Shown here piece after piece: positions 50,676-62,728 of a DNA stretch of 64,000 nucleotides. The position numbers were made by a program, and so were the translations under genes. This DNA comes from Oculina patagonica (Eukaryota), in NCBI RefSeq assembly GCF_052425735.1, contig NC_135761.1, positions 8,618,001 through 8,682,000 on the forward strand, read 5' to 3'. Position 1 is the stretch's first letter; each line of letters begins with the position of its first letter. Under the pieces are notes generated by a model that was not told where the DNA came from, searched no databases, and saw only the letters and a program-made list of their open reading frames with translations.

Positions 50676-51085
50676 CCGGGGGGTGCACTCCCTATAATGA
50701 CCTATACGGGGAGGCTCCGCCCAAAAGGGGTACCTTTTTCACGCTTTAGGTATATAAAAGGGTAGGAATTTTACAAGTTTAGGTATGTGAAAGGGTAGGG
50801 AAATCTTTCCTTTAGATATTTAAAGGGGCCTTTTTAAAAATATTTCGAACAGACGCACTTTGTGGCTGTATCATTTTAATTTAGTAAACGCTACATAAAA
50901 ATGAGAATAAGACTTTCTGTTTTAGGTATATGTCATGTCATGTAGGTATGTAAAAGGGTACCTTTTTTCAATAAAAGGTATACGAAAGGGGTGCCTTTTC
51001 TGTCAAAATGGTATTTAAAAGGGTAAGGGGTTGGACCGAGGGGCGGAGCCTCCCCGTATCAATCCTTTTCAAGTAGCCCCCCGGG
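50676..51085. mobile_element. CCGGGGGG-terminus MITE upstream of GILT copy 2
   Basis: Inverted ends with ACGGGGAGGCTCCGCCC subterminal repeats; near-perfect CGGCGGA duplication. Confidence 0.8.
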
Positions 51086-51413
51086 CCGGCGGATAAATAC
51101 CCCGGGATAAATACTTTCCCGAATTAAACAAATGTTCATTTCAAAGGTTTCATGTTAAAACACTTAGTTTAATAAGTAGCAAAGTGAGTTTAAATTTAGA
51201 GAAACTAACTTTGTTTACCAACGCAAGATTACCTGTTCCGCCGACATTACCTCGGGGCCATTACATGTAGATTTGTACTGCTTCCCCCGGAAACAAAGTT
51301 CTTGTACGGAAGAAATGTCAGCCATTTTAGGCATGTACGGTGACGTAATATGACCGCGTGAATGTCATGAGATAGTCACGCGCTCTCGCGCTCAGACAGC
51401 TTGCTTGCAACAG

Positions 51414-51419
51414 TATAAA
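51414..51419 (+). promoter_or_regulatory. Probable TATA box of GILT copy 2
   Basis: TATAAA 59 nt upstream of the ATG, conserved in the duplicated upstream region of copy 3. Confidence 0.6.
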
Positions 51420-51472
51420 GGTTGAACATTCTCTCAAGGTATAATATCAGTGATCTCTGTCGCCGCTGAAAA

Positions 51473-52147
51473 ATGTATCAGCTTCGTTTGTTCGCCGTCC
51501 TGTTGGTCGCTCTTCCTGTGTTTACTGTCGCTGCACCGACAGCAGCGCCAAAAGTTGGCATAGCACTCTACTATGAGAGCCTGTGCGGAGGATGCAGGGA
51601 TTTCATCAAGTCCCAGTTCTATCCGACATTCCAGAAGGTTGGCGAGATCATGAATGTGACTCTGGTACCGTATGGAAATGCAATAGAATCCCACAACGGA
51701 GACGAATGGCGCTTCACATGCCAGCACGGTCCCGCAGAATGTGTTGGAAATCTCATTGAAACATGCGCCATCTCGATCCTTCAGAATGTGTCCGTATACT
51801 TTCCTTTTATCCACTGCCTTGAGACATACATTGCCTCGAGCAATCCGCTCTCTGTAGCAGAACATTGCGCCAGTCAACAAGGAATTGATTTTGCCGCAAT
51901 TGACAAGTGCCAGAAAGGTCCACAAGGAAATGCACTCGAGCATCAAATGGCTCTGATGACCGACGCGCTGGTTCCTCATCATAATTACGTTCCATGGATT
52001 ACGCTGAATGGAAAACACACCGAAGAAATACAAGAAGACGCCACATTTAACTTGTTAGGATTGGTATGCGACACTTACCAAGGCACTAAACCTGCTGCTT
52101 GTCATGAAAACGAACCGGTGTATTCTCGCTGCTACAGGCATGCGTGA
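51473..52147 (+). CDS. IFI30: GILT copy 2, intronless
   Basis: Signal peptide, YYESLCGGC, CQHGPAECVGNLIETC. Confidence 0.95.
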   Translation: MYQLRLFAVLLVALPVFTVAAPTAAPKVGIALYYESLCGGCRDFIKSQFYPTFQKVGEIMNVTLVPYGNAIESHNGDEWRFTCQHGPAECVGNLIETCAISILQNVSVYFPFIHCLETYIASSNPLSVAEHCASQQGIDFAAIDKCQKGPQGNALEHQMALMTDALVPHHNYVPWITLNGKHTEEIQEDATFNLLGLVCDTYQGTKPAACHENEPVYSRCYRHA

Positions 52148-53421
52148 CAGAAAAATGCGTTACAAAAGAACACGATTCCGCTACGATAAGCAAGTCACTG
52201 ATCTTATTTTCCCCCGTTTTCATGTTATATCATAGTTGTTGTCACTATTGTTGTAATTTTAGGTCCGTCTATTTTTTGTGTGTATGATATGTTGTAATTT
52301 TAAAGGATGGCAGAAGTCGCGATTAAAATTTGGAAAAGTAAAGTTACGTAATCGTGATATTTTTTTTTTATTTCTCGGTACACTATAGATTATGTAGCCT
52401 GCGCCGCAGATAAAACTAAAACTTTACAACTATGGCGCACTGTTTGTTTTGTTTTGTACCATTGTGGCAATTTTTGCTAAAAAGTTACTATATTCGGGCC
52501 CCCACCTACCGTGACATTTCTATCATATACGTACACCATATGAAATATTCGACATTTCCTTGCCTTCCTTGATATCGTTTTACTGCCGTTGTAAAATACC
52601 TAGTTCCTTGATTATCAACTTACTGCCGTGATAAAAAAGCTATACTTCCTTAATATTGATTTATTTCCGTGTGTAATATTCTCTATTTCCTTGATATCAA
52701 TTAACTGCCGTGACTAAGTTTACTGTTGTAGTGTAACGCTGGCAGGATATGCAATTCAGTGTTCGGCGCCTCTAAACTTTAAAACTGTTCACAGCCCTCT
52801 ATTTTCTCGTAGTTTTCTTCGATCGTTATCTATTTCTCCTTTTGCTCACTTCGGTCGACCCCCACACCCACCCCCTTGTGCTTCGCTCGCTCTTTCGGCT
52901 TTGGCGTTCTTTTGCGTTAAAAAGTTAAGAGGCCTAACCAGTCTAAACTGGCTGAAATTCTCCAAAGCACCAAATAGCTTTTCTTTTGCATGAAGTTACG
53001 TTTGTAAATGAAATTGATATAAAAATGAGACCCCTGCCTGGATCACGGAGCCTTTACGAAAAATGAACCCCCAAAAAGTTACGACAATTTTTTCACACCC
53101 GAAATGTCCTCTGGTTATTTGTAAAATTAAAAAACGCCTTCGCATTTTCTCGTCATTGTTATACGTGCCAGGAGTCTTTTTATCTTACATTCATTTTCCC
53201 ACGGTGGGCAAGCGCCCGGACGCACTGGACTGACAAAATTTGTTTGGCTCTACCAAAAATCTCGACAAATTTTGTTTCTACCAAATTTTGAATTTGGCAA
53301 TCATGGACGCACTTGAAAACACCAAATTATTTGATAACCACAAAGTGTCAATCATGTTAAAACTGTACACCTTCGATAACTTTCCGTTCGCTAAAAAGAG
53401 TCTTACTTTCCGGCTGATAAG

Positions 53422-54090
53422 TAGGCCCAGACAGATTGTGCTCGGCAACTTTTGAGCAACTTTTGGCGTTTGGAGCAACTCTTTCCAAATTTAGCAACCT
53501 TGAGCAATTAATGCAACTTTTGGCTTTCTGAGCAACTTTTGAGCAACTTTGTATTGATATACCTAATAAGAATCACGAAAATTAACATGTGGTTGAAATT
53601 TTGAAAAGGAAACATCTATTTCTGTAAAAACATTAATACTTTGCATACTAGCAGGGAACGGGTGTTGAGGAGGTGTTGAGAGGACATCATAAGCCCACCT
53701 CGTCCCCAGTTATTTTTGGTTCACTACCACTGCCTGGTCACCCAGGCCTTCTTGGCCTGGTTGCCCAGCGTCGACGTTGACATTGCTCAAAAAGATGCAA
53801 GAGCATTTAATATATTAAGTTTTGTTCTGCAACTGTGCAAACCTTTTATAATATACATGTGCCCAAGATATACACTCCAGATTAATATATTGAACTTTCT
53901 TAAGTTCCGATTATCCAAAAGGAACAATGATTGATGATATTTAATAATATTTGTATGAAATATTGATATATTAAAGTAGCAACTTTTGAAGTTTAAGTAG
54001 CAACTTGTTTTTGGGCAACATTTTAGCAACTTTTTGGCTTTAAAAAGAGCAACTTTTCATGATTTTGCGAGCACAATCTGTCTAGGCCTA
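53422..54090. mobile_element. hAT-type MITE with internal AGCAACTTT repeats
   Basis: TIR TAGGCCYAGACAGATTGTGCTCG; 8-bp duplication CTGATAAG. Confidence 0.9.
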
Positions 54091-55306
54091 CTGATAAGAG
54101 CCTTTTTCTTCGCTTTTAGTACAATTCAATAGTCTTGACTCGCCGCGCTTTCATTTTGATCAGCAGCGGTACTTGTACTCGGGCGGTTTGAAAATTGTGC
54201 CAAGCCAGGAGTACTTGCATACCGGAGGACCCCGGAGGTGTAATGAAAAGACGATTTGCGAGCCATATATATATTATAGTTGTTGTATGAAGTCGATGGT
54301 CATTATAATCTTTGCCGTCCTCCATGTTCACAGCTCAACTGTCGAGAAAAAATAAAATATTTTGGCGGAAATCTGCCTTGAAAAGCGAGATCAAATATAC
54401 TTATTTGACGTTTTCTTTTAGATTAAGGCGTGTTAATTGAAAAATCTGTCAGTTTTGACGCTTGACAAAAATTTGTCCTGCTCCGAGGCAGGACGACGGC
54501 GCCTTTGAAGTTTGGTAAGGCTTGCTAAAAATCACCGGGCGCACTTGTCTCACGGAACTGATGCAGATCAAACATTTCATTACGAACGGCTTACACACAT
54601 TTCTTATTTGTTAGTGAATCGAACAGTTCTTCAAGTCCACAAAAAGGGCTTACTGAGAATTGACTGCTTTCTCGTTCGATGCTATCTCTTTTTTAGGTTT
54701 ACTTTCTTTGAAGAAGCCACGTGGTTCCAACGGTAGCACTTCCAACGTCCACCACTCTATGCCGTTCCAAAAAATGAAGCCGCCCTTTTGTTTTTGCAGA
54801 GGCTACACTTTGGAAGCGGGCCCTTTCTGCGCAAAACTCTCCTTGTCTAAATCTATTTGCCACGGCGAAGCAAAGTACTAAGCAGAGCGTTCGTTTTGAT
54901 CAAACAAACAACGAAGTGGGAGATATACAATCAATAATTATTACAGAAAGTTGCGAAAATCTAACAAGTGGGTGCCTAGCCTTGACATAGCCAACAATTG
55001 GATAATCTAGCAAGTATGTGACATGATCGAGTTCCATTGTAAAAATATAACAAACGAAAACAAACCTGTCCGAATAGGCACTGCTAATTACATAGAAAAA
55101 TTATCTAATTTTCTTTGTTGGAAAAGTAATTTCAAAAACTCGTGCTTAGGGTTTCACCAGGTTTCGAAATGCTCGAAAACAATAAAACCACTCGGCCTGC
55201 GGCCTCGTGGTTTCAAAAGTTTTCTCGCGTTTGGAAACCTAATGAAACACTCGCACTCATTTTTGAAATAGTACGTGAAAAATGGAAATGATTTATCACG
55301 GTAATA

Positions 55307-55488
55307 CAGTTGAAGGTCGTTGAATCCCGATAACTCGAACCAACTCGAACTCCCGCTAACTCAAACCTTCAGTTTCGACTCCCTTCCAGGTCATTTTCTT
55401 ACTAATTTTACCCTCGATAACTCGAACTCCCGATATCTCGAACCTTTTTCGATTTCCCTTGAAGGTTCGAGTTATCGGGATTCGACTG
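55307..55488. mobile_element. Tc1/mariner(pogo)-type MITE; inverted sibling at 62072-62246
   Basis: TA-flanked CAGTYGAA...CCCGATAACTCGAAC TIR. Confidence 0.8.
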
Positions 55489-55877
55489 TAGTTCAGACGT
55501 GCCGAACGTAATTCAGGAATTAAAGTGCTACTCAGTAATCAAATTATCACCTCTTGAAATTTCATCTCTCTTGAATGTGCACGTGTTAAAGGGACTATAT
55601 CACGGCCGAGTGAAGTTTATTTAATTTAGTTTTGCCAAACACTCGCTATGAATCTTAATGTTTGCAAAGGAATTACTTCTATGGATCTAAATGACAAAAT
55701 CATAGCCTCCGATGAAACCAAATTTGTCTCCCGGGCGTTAAAATTGAAAGTTACAAGCAACGAGGAGATAATCTAATTGGCGCGTGTCGCGTGTCGCGGG
55801 TAAAATGTCGCGGGTACAAAAAATTGTCGCGGGTAAAATGTCGCGGGTACAAAAAATTGTCGCGGGTCCGAAAAAAG

Positions 55878-57399
55878 CACAGGTAGCCCAAGCTCCTAAA
55901 GGAGCCGTCAACATATAGACCACATACGACATTGCGTAATAACGTTATTATAAGGGTTTGTATGAGAATATAACGATCGTAAAAAATAATTCAAAATAGA
56001 GGAAAAGTATCCAATAAAATTCACTTAACTATCCTCTTCTGTCTATATCTTGTGTTTCTATGCCGTTTGGAGGCGATTTGAAGCCATTTCAGTGGGTTTT
56101 AGGTTCGCTGGTTTCCTATCATTTAAGGGTTTGTATGGGAACAACGATCGTAAAAAAATAATTCAAAATAAAGGGAAAATATCCGACAAAATCGACTTAC
56201 CTATCCTCTTCTATGTCAATCTTGTGTTTCTATGCCGTTTGGGGGCGTTTTGAAGCGATTCCAGTGGGTTTTAGGTTCGCTGGTTTCCTCTCTATATATA
56301 ATTCCTCAAGGTAGGGCACTCGAGTGCCGAAGGCCAGCAGATCGACTGAAGGAATTCAGCCATAAATTCGCCCCAAAGGCTCCGATTGCCCCACATTTTC
56401 GCCCAGAGCACCGCCGATAGTTGCTTTAACCATTTCTGTGCTTTATCTGATAAATACGCCCGCCAAGGAGCAAATTTAGCTTGCAAATGTCACAAGGCTT
56501 TTCCATCGAGAGCCGTTGAAACATGCGTTGACTGTGTGATCCGTGCACGAAGGGTTTGAAAATAGCTTAGCGACCCGCCCTTTTGGTTCAAATTACCTGC
56601 GGACCCCACGGTAGAAGGGATAATGTTCACCGCACGGTAATAACATTACATTATCCCTTCTCCTGTGGGGTCCGCAGGTAATTTGAACCAAAAGGCCGGG
56701 TCGCTAAGCTATTTTCAAACCCTTCGTGCACGGATCACACAGTCAACGCATGTTTCAACGGCTCTCGATGGAAAAGCCTTGTGACATTTGCAAGCTAAAT
56801 TTGCTCCTTGGCGGGCGTATTTATCAGATGAAGCACAGAAATGGTTAAAGCAACTATCGGCGGTGCTCTGGGCGAAAATGTGGGGCAATCGGAGCCTTTG
56901 GGGCGAATTTATGGCTGAATTCCTTCAGTCGATCTGCTGGCCTTCGGCACTCGAGTGCCCTACCTTGAGGAATTATATATAGAGTGGAAACCAGCGAATC
57001 TAAAACCCACTGGAATCGCTTCAAAACGCCCCCAAACGGCATAGAAACACAAGATTTGCATAGAAGAGGATAGGTAAGTCGATTTTATCGGATATTTTTC
57101 CCTTTATTTTGAATTATTTTTTACGATCGTTATATTCCCATACAAACCCTTAAATGATAGGAAACCAGCGAACCTAAAACCCACTGAAATGGCTTCAAAT
57201 CGCCTCCAAACGGCATAGAAACACAAGATATAGACAGAAGAGGATAGTTAAGTGAATTTTATTGGATATTTTTCCTCTATTTTGAATTATTTTTTTACGA
57301 TCGTTATATTCCCATACAAACCCTTATAATAACGTTATTACGCAATGTCGTATGTGGTCTATATGTTGACGGCTCCTTTAGGAGCTTGGGCTACCTGTG
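55878..57399. mobile_element. 1.5-kb foldback palindrome (about 750-bp arms, about 20-nt loop near 56638) with 7-bp target-site duplication
   Basis: CACAGGTAGCCC...GGGCTACCTGTG ends; AAAAAAG at 55871-55877 and 57400-57406; mirror-image ORFs in the ORF track. Confidence 0.93.
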
Positions 57400-57850
57400 A
57401 AAAAAGTTATATTTTTTTGTTTTACAGTTTTTCTTAAGTTCAATACCTCATTAAAGATAAAAGAATAGCGATAACAAGTGCTTGAAAGTAGGTGGACAAA
57501 AAATTGAACTTTACTTTAAATTGCTTTCTAGTTTTTGAACAGCATATACTACACCAATGTTCAAGATAATAAAATAATAATACAATAAAAATAACTTGTT
57601 GACATTGTGTATGTATCGTAATTTGGTTTCCCATCGCCACTTTTATAACTCTTTTTTGATTGTTAATTACAAATATAACGAAAATTCAACCATTCTAACC
57701 TCGTTTACGCGATTTTTCTAGTTTATTAAGCTTACCTTTGACACGGCTGTACGCAGCGCGTCGAAAAAACAAAGCTGCAAAGACACATATACATACATGC
57801 TACCGACAACCTCTAATAGACAAAAAAAGTATGGAATAAATACCCTGTGT

Positions 57851-58010
57851 TACATACATACATACATACATACTTTATTTAACGTGGAAAAGAAGTACAC
57901 ACTTAGCTGTTAGCTAGTTTACAGGTGCTCCACGATTAAAAGTTTAGTATTTACAAAAGTATTTACATCAAAACAAAGGGTATAAAGTATTACATCAGAC
58001 TATTTTAAAA

Positions 58011-58046
<36 letters not shown>

Positions 58047-61000
58047 AAAGAAACAAACAAACAAACAAACAACAACACCATCTAGCTAAATTAAGATTCC
58101 TAAAAAATATATATATATAAATATAAAAATCCTATCTAAAAGCGATAAAATATAATTATTAAACATTGAAATCAGTTTGTCTAATCTTTTTCAAAAAGTC
58201 CTTTGAGCCTGCCATGGAACGAATATCACGAGGTAGCATGTTCCAGTGCTTTGCTGCAGCATAACGCCACGACTTAAGACCATATCTGGTAGTGTTCACT
58301 TTAGGTATGGAAAGATTAAAATTACCGCGAAGATTGTACGCTGTTCTCTTTTCAGTTATAAGATTTTTGAAGCTGGATGGTGCCCTGCCTTGAATAATAT
58401 TGTTCACAGTCAATAACATATCTTGAGTGCGACGATTTTCTAAGGTTGATTTTGATCCGATACGCCGCAAGAGCGCTTTGTACGACGAGGTCTTGTCGCT
58501 GTACACAAATCTCAAGGCCCTCGCATTTGTTCTTTCCAGTTTTTCTATGTTTCTTCTTCCACAGTGATACCAAACTTGACTACAATAAGAAAAATAAGGT
58601 AAAATAAAAGCTCTATACAAGGATTCCTTCGTATTACAAGGTAGAATGTTCTTTAACCTGCTTAGAGCGTTTATTTGGCTCCCCACCTTGCGACAAATGT
58701 CCGCAATGTGTGAATCAAATTTTAGTTTATCGTCTAAAGTTATGCCCAGTAATTTTATCTCCTTGGATACTGGAATTTCTTTACCCTCACATTCGATCTT
58801 GATGTCACACTGACTAGCGTTTCCTAACACCATGGCGTTATATTTTGTCGGGTTGGCGATCATACCGTTTTGTTTGAACCAAGAGCTGGCATTGAACAGA
58901 TCTTGATTAATCATGTTTTCAACTGCGCGGGGACATTCGTTTGAGGCATGTAGATTGGTGTCGTCTGCAAAGCTTAGTAAGCTGCTCTCGTTTATAGCAT
59001 AGGCCATATCGTTCATAAAAATATTAAAAAGAAGCGGTCCTAATATTGACCCCTGGGGTACACCACTACGAACGACATTCCACGATGAAAAACTGTTTCC
59101 CAGTTTGACTCGTTGGTAGCGATGTGAGAGATAGCTCTGAAGAAGGGACCACGATCTTTCATCCAGTCCATAAAATCTAAGCTTTTCCAACAGAAGATCG
59201 TGAGGGATACAGTCAAATGCCTTGCTAAGGTCCAGTGTAGCAGCACCAATAAAGTGGCTTTGATCAAGTTTTTCTTTCCACTCTTCGGTAAGTGTTAATA
59301 GCGCCGCAGAGCAGCCATGAAATTTCCGATACGCGAACGTATAGTCGTGGAAAATGGTATCAAAATACGTACTCATCTGTGTATGGATAATGCGTTCAAA
59401 CACTTTGTCGAATGCGGGCAGCACGGTGACAGGTCTAAAGTTTGCTTTGTCCAACACGCTGTCCTTTTTGTGTAAAGGTGTAATCTGACCATTCTTCCAC
59501 CCTTCGGGGACTTCTGCCTTTGCAATAATAGTATTTATAAGATCGCTTAGCGGTTCAGACACTGATGGTGCCGCTGCCTTGACTGCTCGTGGCGGAATCA
59601 AATCGTATCCCTGGGCTTTGTTTGTCTTGATGTTGTTGAGTATTTGCTTTACTTCGTGGTGATTTGTAAAACGAAAAGCAAAGTTCTTACTGGCTGTACT
59701 GTTCTTAGGTAAGCGAGAGGCATGTGACTGATGTTGGAATGGAGTGTATGAATCGATTATTAACTTATCGGTGATATTTGTAAAATAGTCGTTGAAAATC
59801 TCTGCTACTTGAGCTTGATCGATAATCGTTCTGTTGTTTTCCTTTAGAATGATCAAATCGCTTTGCGCACGTTTCTTTGTGTGTAAAAGAGGACGTAGTG
59901 ACCGCCAAAAAGCCCTGTAATTTCCAGCACGTGAGCAGCACAGATGATCAAAGTGTTTAATAACAGACTTTCGCCTCATGGAGACCACGCGATTTCTTAA
60001 CACTCGGTATGCTTCCCAGTCATCTGTTTTCCTTGTTTTGTTAAATTTTCTTTTTAGACTGTTTCGCTTTCGAATGGCCTTTCTTATCTCCGGTGTAATA
60101 AATTTGGATTGGCCGGAAGCCGCCTTACGCTTTCTTATTCTGATGGGTGCATGTTTGTCAAGCACATCAGTATACATCTTTTGCCAGGCCCAGCAGATGT
60201 CATTGATGTCTTCGAACACATACGCTACATTAAACGGCACACATGCAAGGTCCTTATTGAAAGCATTCGCGTCGAAGCTTTTAAAACACCTGCCTTTCGT
60301 AAAAGTGGTCTCTGGTTTGGATAATTTCTTGTTGAGAATAGTATAGACCAGTTTGTGATCACTTAGGCCTGTCTCCATTGTTCCTGATTTTAATGCAAAT
60401 TTCGGAGAGTTTGTTGCTATTATGTCCAAGCAAGACTCTCTAGAAGCTGAAATTCTTGTTGGCTCCTTTATGAGATTGTCCAAGCCGTAAATGTCGCAGA
60501 TATCTAAGAAGGTTCGACCTTGTTTCCCACTGTCTTGTGGTTTTAGAATATCGCAGTTTAGATCGCCCAAACATAACACATTAGCTCGGTTTGAAATCGC
60601 TGCGTCTAAAATTTCGCACATGTCGCTCGTAAACGTCTGGTTGTTTACTGACGGTGGTTTGTAAACATTAAGTAAAGACATAAGTCGCTGTCCAAGTTGA
60701 ATGTCGACGAGTATTGCCTCCACTGCTTTGCTTCTGATTCTCACTTGGCATGAAGGAATGGATTTACGAACATACAATAAAATACCTCCACCGCCTTTCT
60801 TGCGATCTTTGCGATAACATTCATATCCTTTGACCGCAAACTGGGAATCTGGAAATGATGCATCTATCTTCGTTTCTTGCAGACACAAAATGTCGAACGT
60901 TTCGATCCAGTCCTGAAGTTCACAGAATTTTCCAGCGAGAGCGTTTATGTTGAAACTTCCGATAATGAAGTTCTTATTTGCATATCCGTGCAAAGTGTCG

Positions 61001-61550
61001 AAGAGATCGCTATTTGCATCGTTTAAATGCCCGTGATCTGAAAGTTCGCTTGAGTTAGACAAATCGAAGAATGAATCGCTAAGCTGTGGTAGAGAACAAG
61101 TCAAACATTTCCAGTCTGCTTGAAAGCTGTGAAGATTTTTAGTGTCGTCCCTTCGTAGCCCTACACACTTGCCGTGATAGCTTCTTTTGCAGCCATTACA
61201 CAATATGGCCGCCTGATTCTTCCTGACAGTCTTCTCGCAAGACGAACACTTAGGCTTTTCGGTCGGGCCCGGGTTTAGCTCAATATCGTGATGAAGAGCA
61301 ACATCTGAAATCCATAAGCACAAGTATCCATGTTTGGTAAAATAAATGTTACTTTTTAAAAGCATCACGTATTGGTATAGCACCGAGAAAAAATGGCTTC
61401 AATCGAATCAACTAAATTCGCTGGTGAATTCGAGAAAACAGGTTTGATGATACCGGTTCCCACTAGCGACGTATATGTAACTTTTTGCAAGGGTTTATTC
61501 CATTTCAGAAAGCAGATACATTTTAAAATCTATTACATGTTATACATGAT
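57851..61550 (-). mobile_element. CR1/L2-group LINE with (ATGT)n tail; 5' boundary approximate
   Basis: AATAAA followed by (GTAT)n at the minus-strand 3' end; intact ORF. Confidence 0.88.
58159..61383 (-). CDS. LINE ORF: 2A-like peptide - PHD finger - APE endonuclease - reverse transcriptase
   Basis: DIELNPGP; CSSC..CNGC..H..C..CLTC; LQETK, GDLN, SDH; DLSKAFD, GVPQGS, FADD. Confidence 0.95.
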   Translation of the reverse strand: MLYQYVMLLKSNIYFTKHGYLCLWISDVALHHDIELNPGPTEKPKCSSCEKTVRKNQAAILCNGCKRSYHGKCVGLRRDDTKNLHSFQADWKCLTCSLPQLSDSFFDLSNSSELSDHGHLNDANSDLFDTLHGYANKNFIIGSFNINALAGKFCELQDWIETFDILCLQETKIDASFPDSQFAVKGYECYRKDRKKGGGGILLYVRKSIPSCQVRIRSKAVEAILVDIQLGQRLMSLLNVYKPPSVNNQTFTSDMCEILDAAISNRANVLCLGDLNCDILKPQDSGKQGRTFLDICDIYGLDNLIKEPTRISASRESCLDIIATNSPKFALKSGTMETGLSDHKLVYTILNKKLSKPETTFTKGRCFKSFDANAFNKDLACVPFNVAYVFEDINDICWAWQKMYTDVLDKHAPIRIRKRKAASGQSKFITPEIRKAIRKRNSLKRKFNKTRKTDDWEAYRVLRNRVVSMRRKSVIKHFDHLCCSRAGNYRAFWRSLRPLLHTKKRAQSDLIILKENNRTIIDQAQVAEIFNDYFTNITDKLIIDSYTPFQHQSHASRLPKNSTASKNFAFRFTNHHEVKQILNNIKTNKAQGYDLIPPRAVKAAAPSVSEPLSDLINTIIAKAEVPEGWKNGQITPLHKKDSVLDKANFRPVTVLPAFDKVFERIIHTQMSTYFDTIFHDYTFAYRKFHGCSAALLTLTEEWKEKLDQSHFIGAATLDLSKAFDCIPHDLLLEKLRFYGLDERSWSLLQSYLSHRYQRVKLGNSFSSWNVVRSGVPQGSILGPLLFNIFMNDMAYAINESSLLSFADDTNLHASNECPRAVENMINQDLFNASSWFKQNGMIANPTKYNAMVLGNASQCDIKIECEGKEIPVSKEIKLLGITLDDKLKFDSHIADICRKVGSQINALSRLKNILPCNTKESLYRAFILPYFSYCSQVWYHCGRRNIEKLERTNARALRFVYSDKTSSYKALLRRIGSKSTLENRRTQDMLLTVNNIIQGRAPSSFKNLITEKRTAYNLRGNFNLSIPKVNTTRYGLKSWRYAAAKHWNMLPRDIRSMAGSKDFLKKIRQTDFNV

Positions 61551-62071
61551 TGGCTAACTTTTGAGATATTGTTGTTGGTGCTATAGTTAACGTCAATTTA
61601 TCTTTTATAACGTTCAACTATTTTTGAAAAAAAAGAAAAGAAAAGAACGTACCCATGGAAAACTGGAAAACTAAAGTAAAGTTTAATTTACATTGAAGTA
61701 CTTGTTATTGTTATTCTATTATCTTTAATGAGGTATTGAACTTAAGAAAAACTATAAAACAAAAAATATACCATTTTTCGGACCCGCGACAATTTTTTGT
61801 ACCCGCGACATTTTACCCGCGACAATTTTGTCTACCCGCGACAGTTTACCCGCGACCCGCGACATTTTACCCGCGACTCGCGACACGCGCCAATTAGATT
61901 ATCTCAGCAACGAGACATCCTTTGAAAACTGTTCGGCCCAAAAATATTTCAAAAACTCATATCGCAATCCCTGCGCAATCCGTTTCAATCTTCTTCACTT
62001 TTGGCCATCCCTATACCTTCTTTTGTATTTGCTGTGTTATCGAAATAATCCTTCACTGATTTAAGTGGTTA

Positions 62072-62246
62072 CAGTCGAATCCCGATAACTGGAACCTTCA
62101 AGGGAAATCGAAAAAGGTTCGAATCATCGGGTGATCGAGTTATCGTGGGTAAAATTAGTAAGAAAATGACCTGGAGGGGAATCGAAAAAGGTTTGAGTTA
62201 GCGGGAGTTCGAGTTACTGAGGGTTCGAGTTATCGGGATTCAACTG
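62072..62246. mobile_element. Tc1/mariner(pogo)-type MITE
   Basis: TA-flanked TIR; homologous to 55307-55488. Confidence 0.8.
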
Positions 62247-62728
62247 TATTTTTATATTTCACTAAACTTTATAGTCATTTTCCCATGCCTAAATTTGGCA
62301 AAAATTCATGACACAGCCCCTTTAAGCTTAAAGTTAGTTCTGAGAATTTGGTTTTAGATCAAGACAATATTGTCTTGTAGATGAGTTTCTTTATTCTTGT
62401 CAACGGCCTGCTTGGTGGTGTATTGATAATGTAGAGAGAAATGAAATTGTTGATCGACATATAGATTCTTCATCATCTACTGTTTCTGCTGATTGATGTT
62501 ATTCTTCTGTGCAACCAAAAATTAAAGCAAATAGCTTTTTTAATACTCTGGGCGGTAAGTAAATAGCTACATGTTGTTCATTGCTTTACGAAAGCCATAA
62601 CGGAAGGACAGGTGGTAGAGAGTAACTTGTTAAAGGATGTGTTATCTGGAGATATTTTACACCTATTCTGTTTTGTCATGAGATAGTCGCGCGGTCTCCA
62701 TCTCGCGCTAGCAGCGCGGGTGCAAGAG

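Larger units (their letters stand above)
55765..61905. mobile_element. Mutator/MULE-like non-autonomous element with long TIRs and 9-bp target-site duplication
   Basis: AGCAACGAG at 55756-55764 and 61906-61914; TIR GAGATAATCTAATTGGCGCGTGTCGCG with CGCGGGTA subrepeats; the left TIR resumes at 57407. Confidence 0.85.
55590..62321. mobile_element. Kolobok-like MITE, outer shell of a nested stack
   Basis: TTAA on both sides; imperfect TIR AGGGACTATATCACG / AGGGGCTGTGTCATG (11 of 15). Confidence 0.6.

Noticed and set aside
51110-51295. STAT/GAS-like sites upstream of GILT copy 2
   Set aside because: Spacing is non-canonical and the sites lie outside the region shared with copy 3.
51434-52033. 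199-aa antisense ORF over GILT copy 2
   Set aside because: Shadow ORF; no equivalent long ORF is listed over the close duplicate copy 3.
56232-57042. Pairs of near-identical ORFs on opposite strands
   Set aside because: Mirror products of the palindrome with no recognisable domain.
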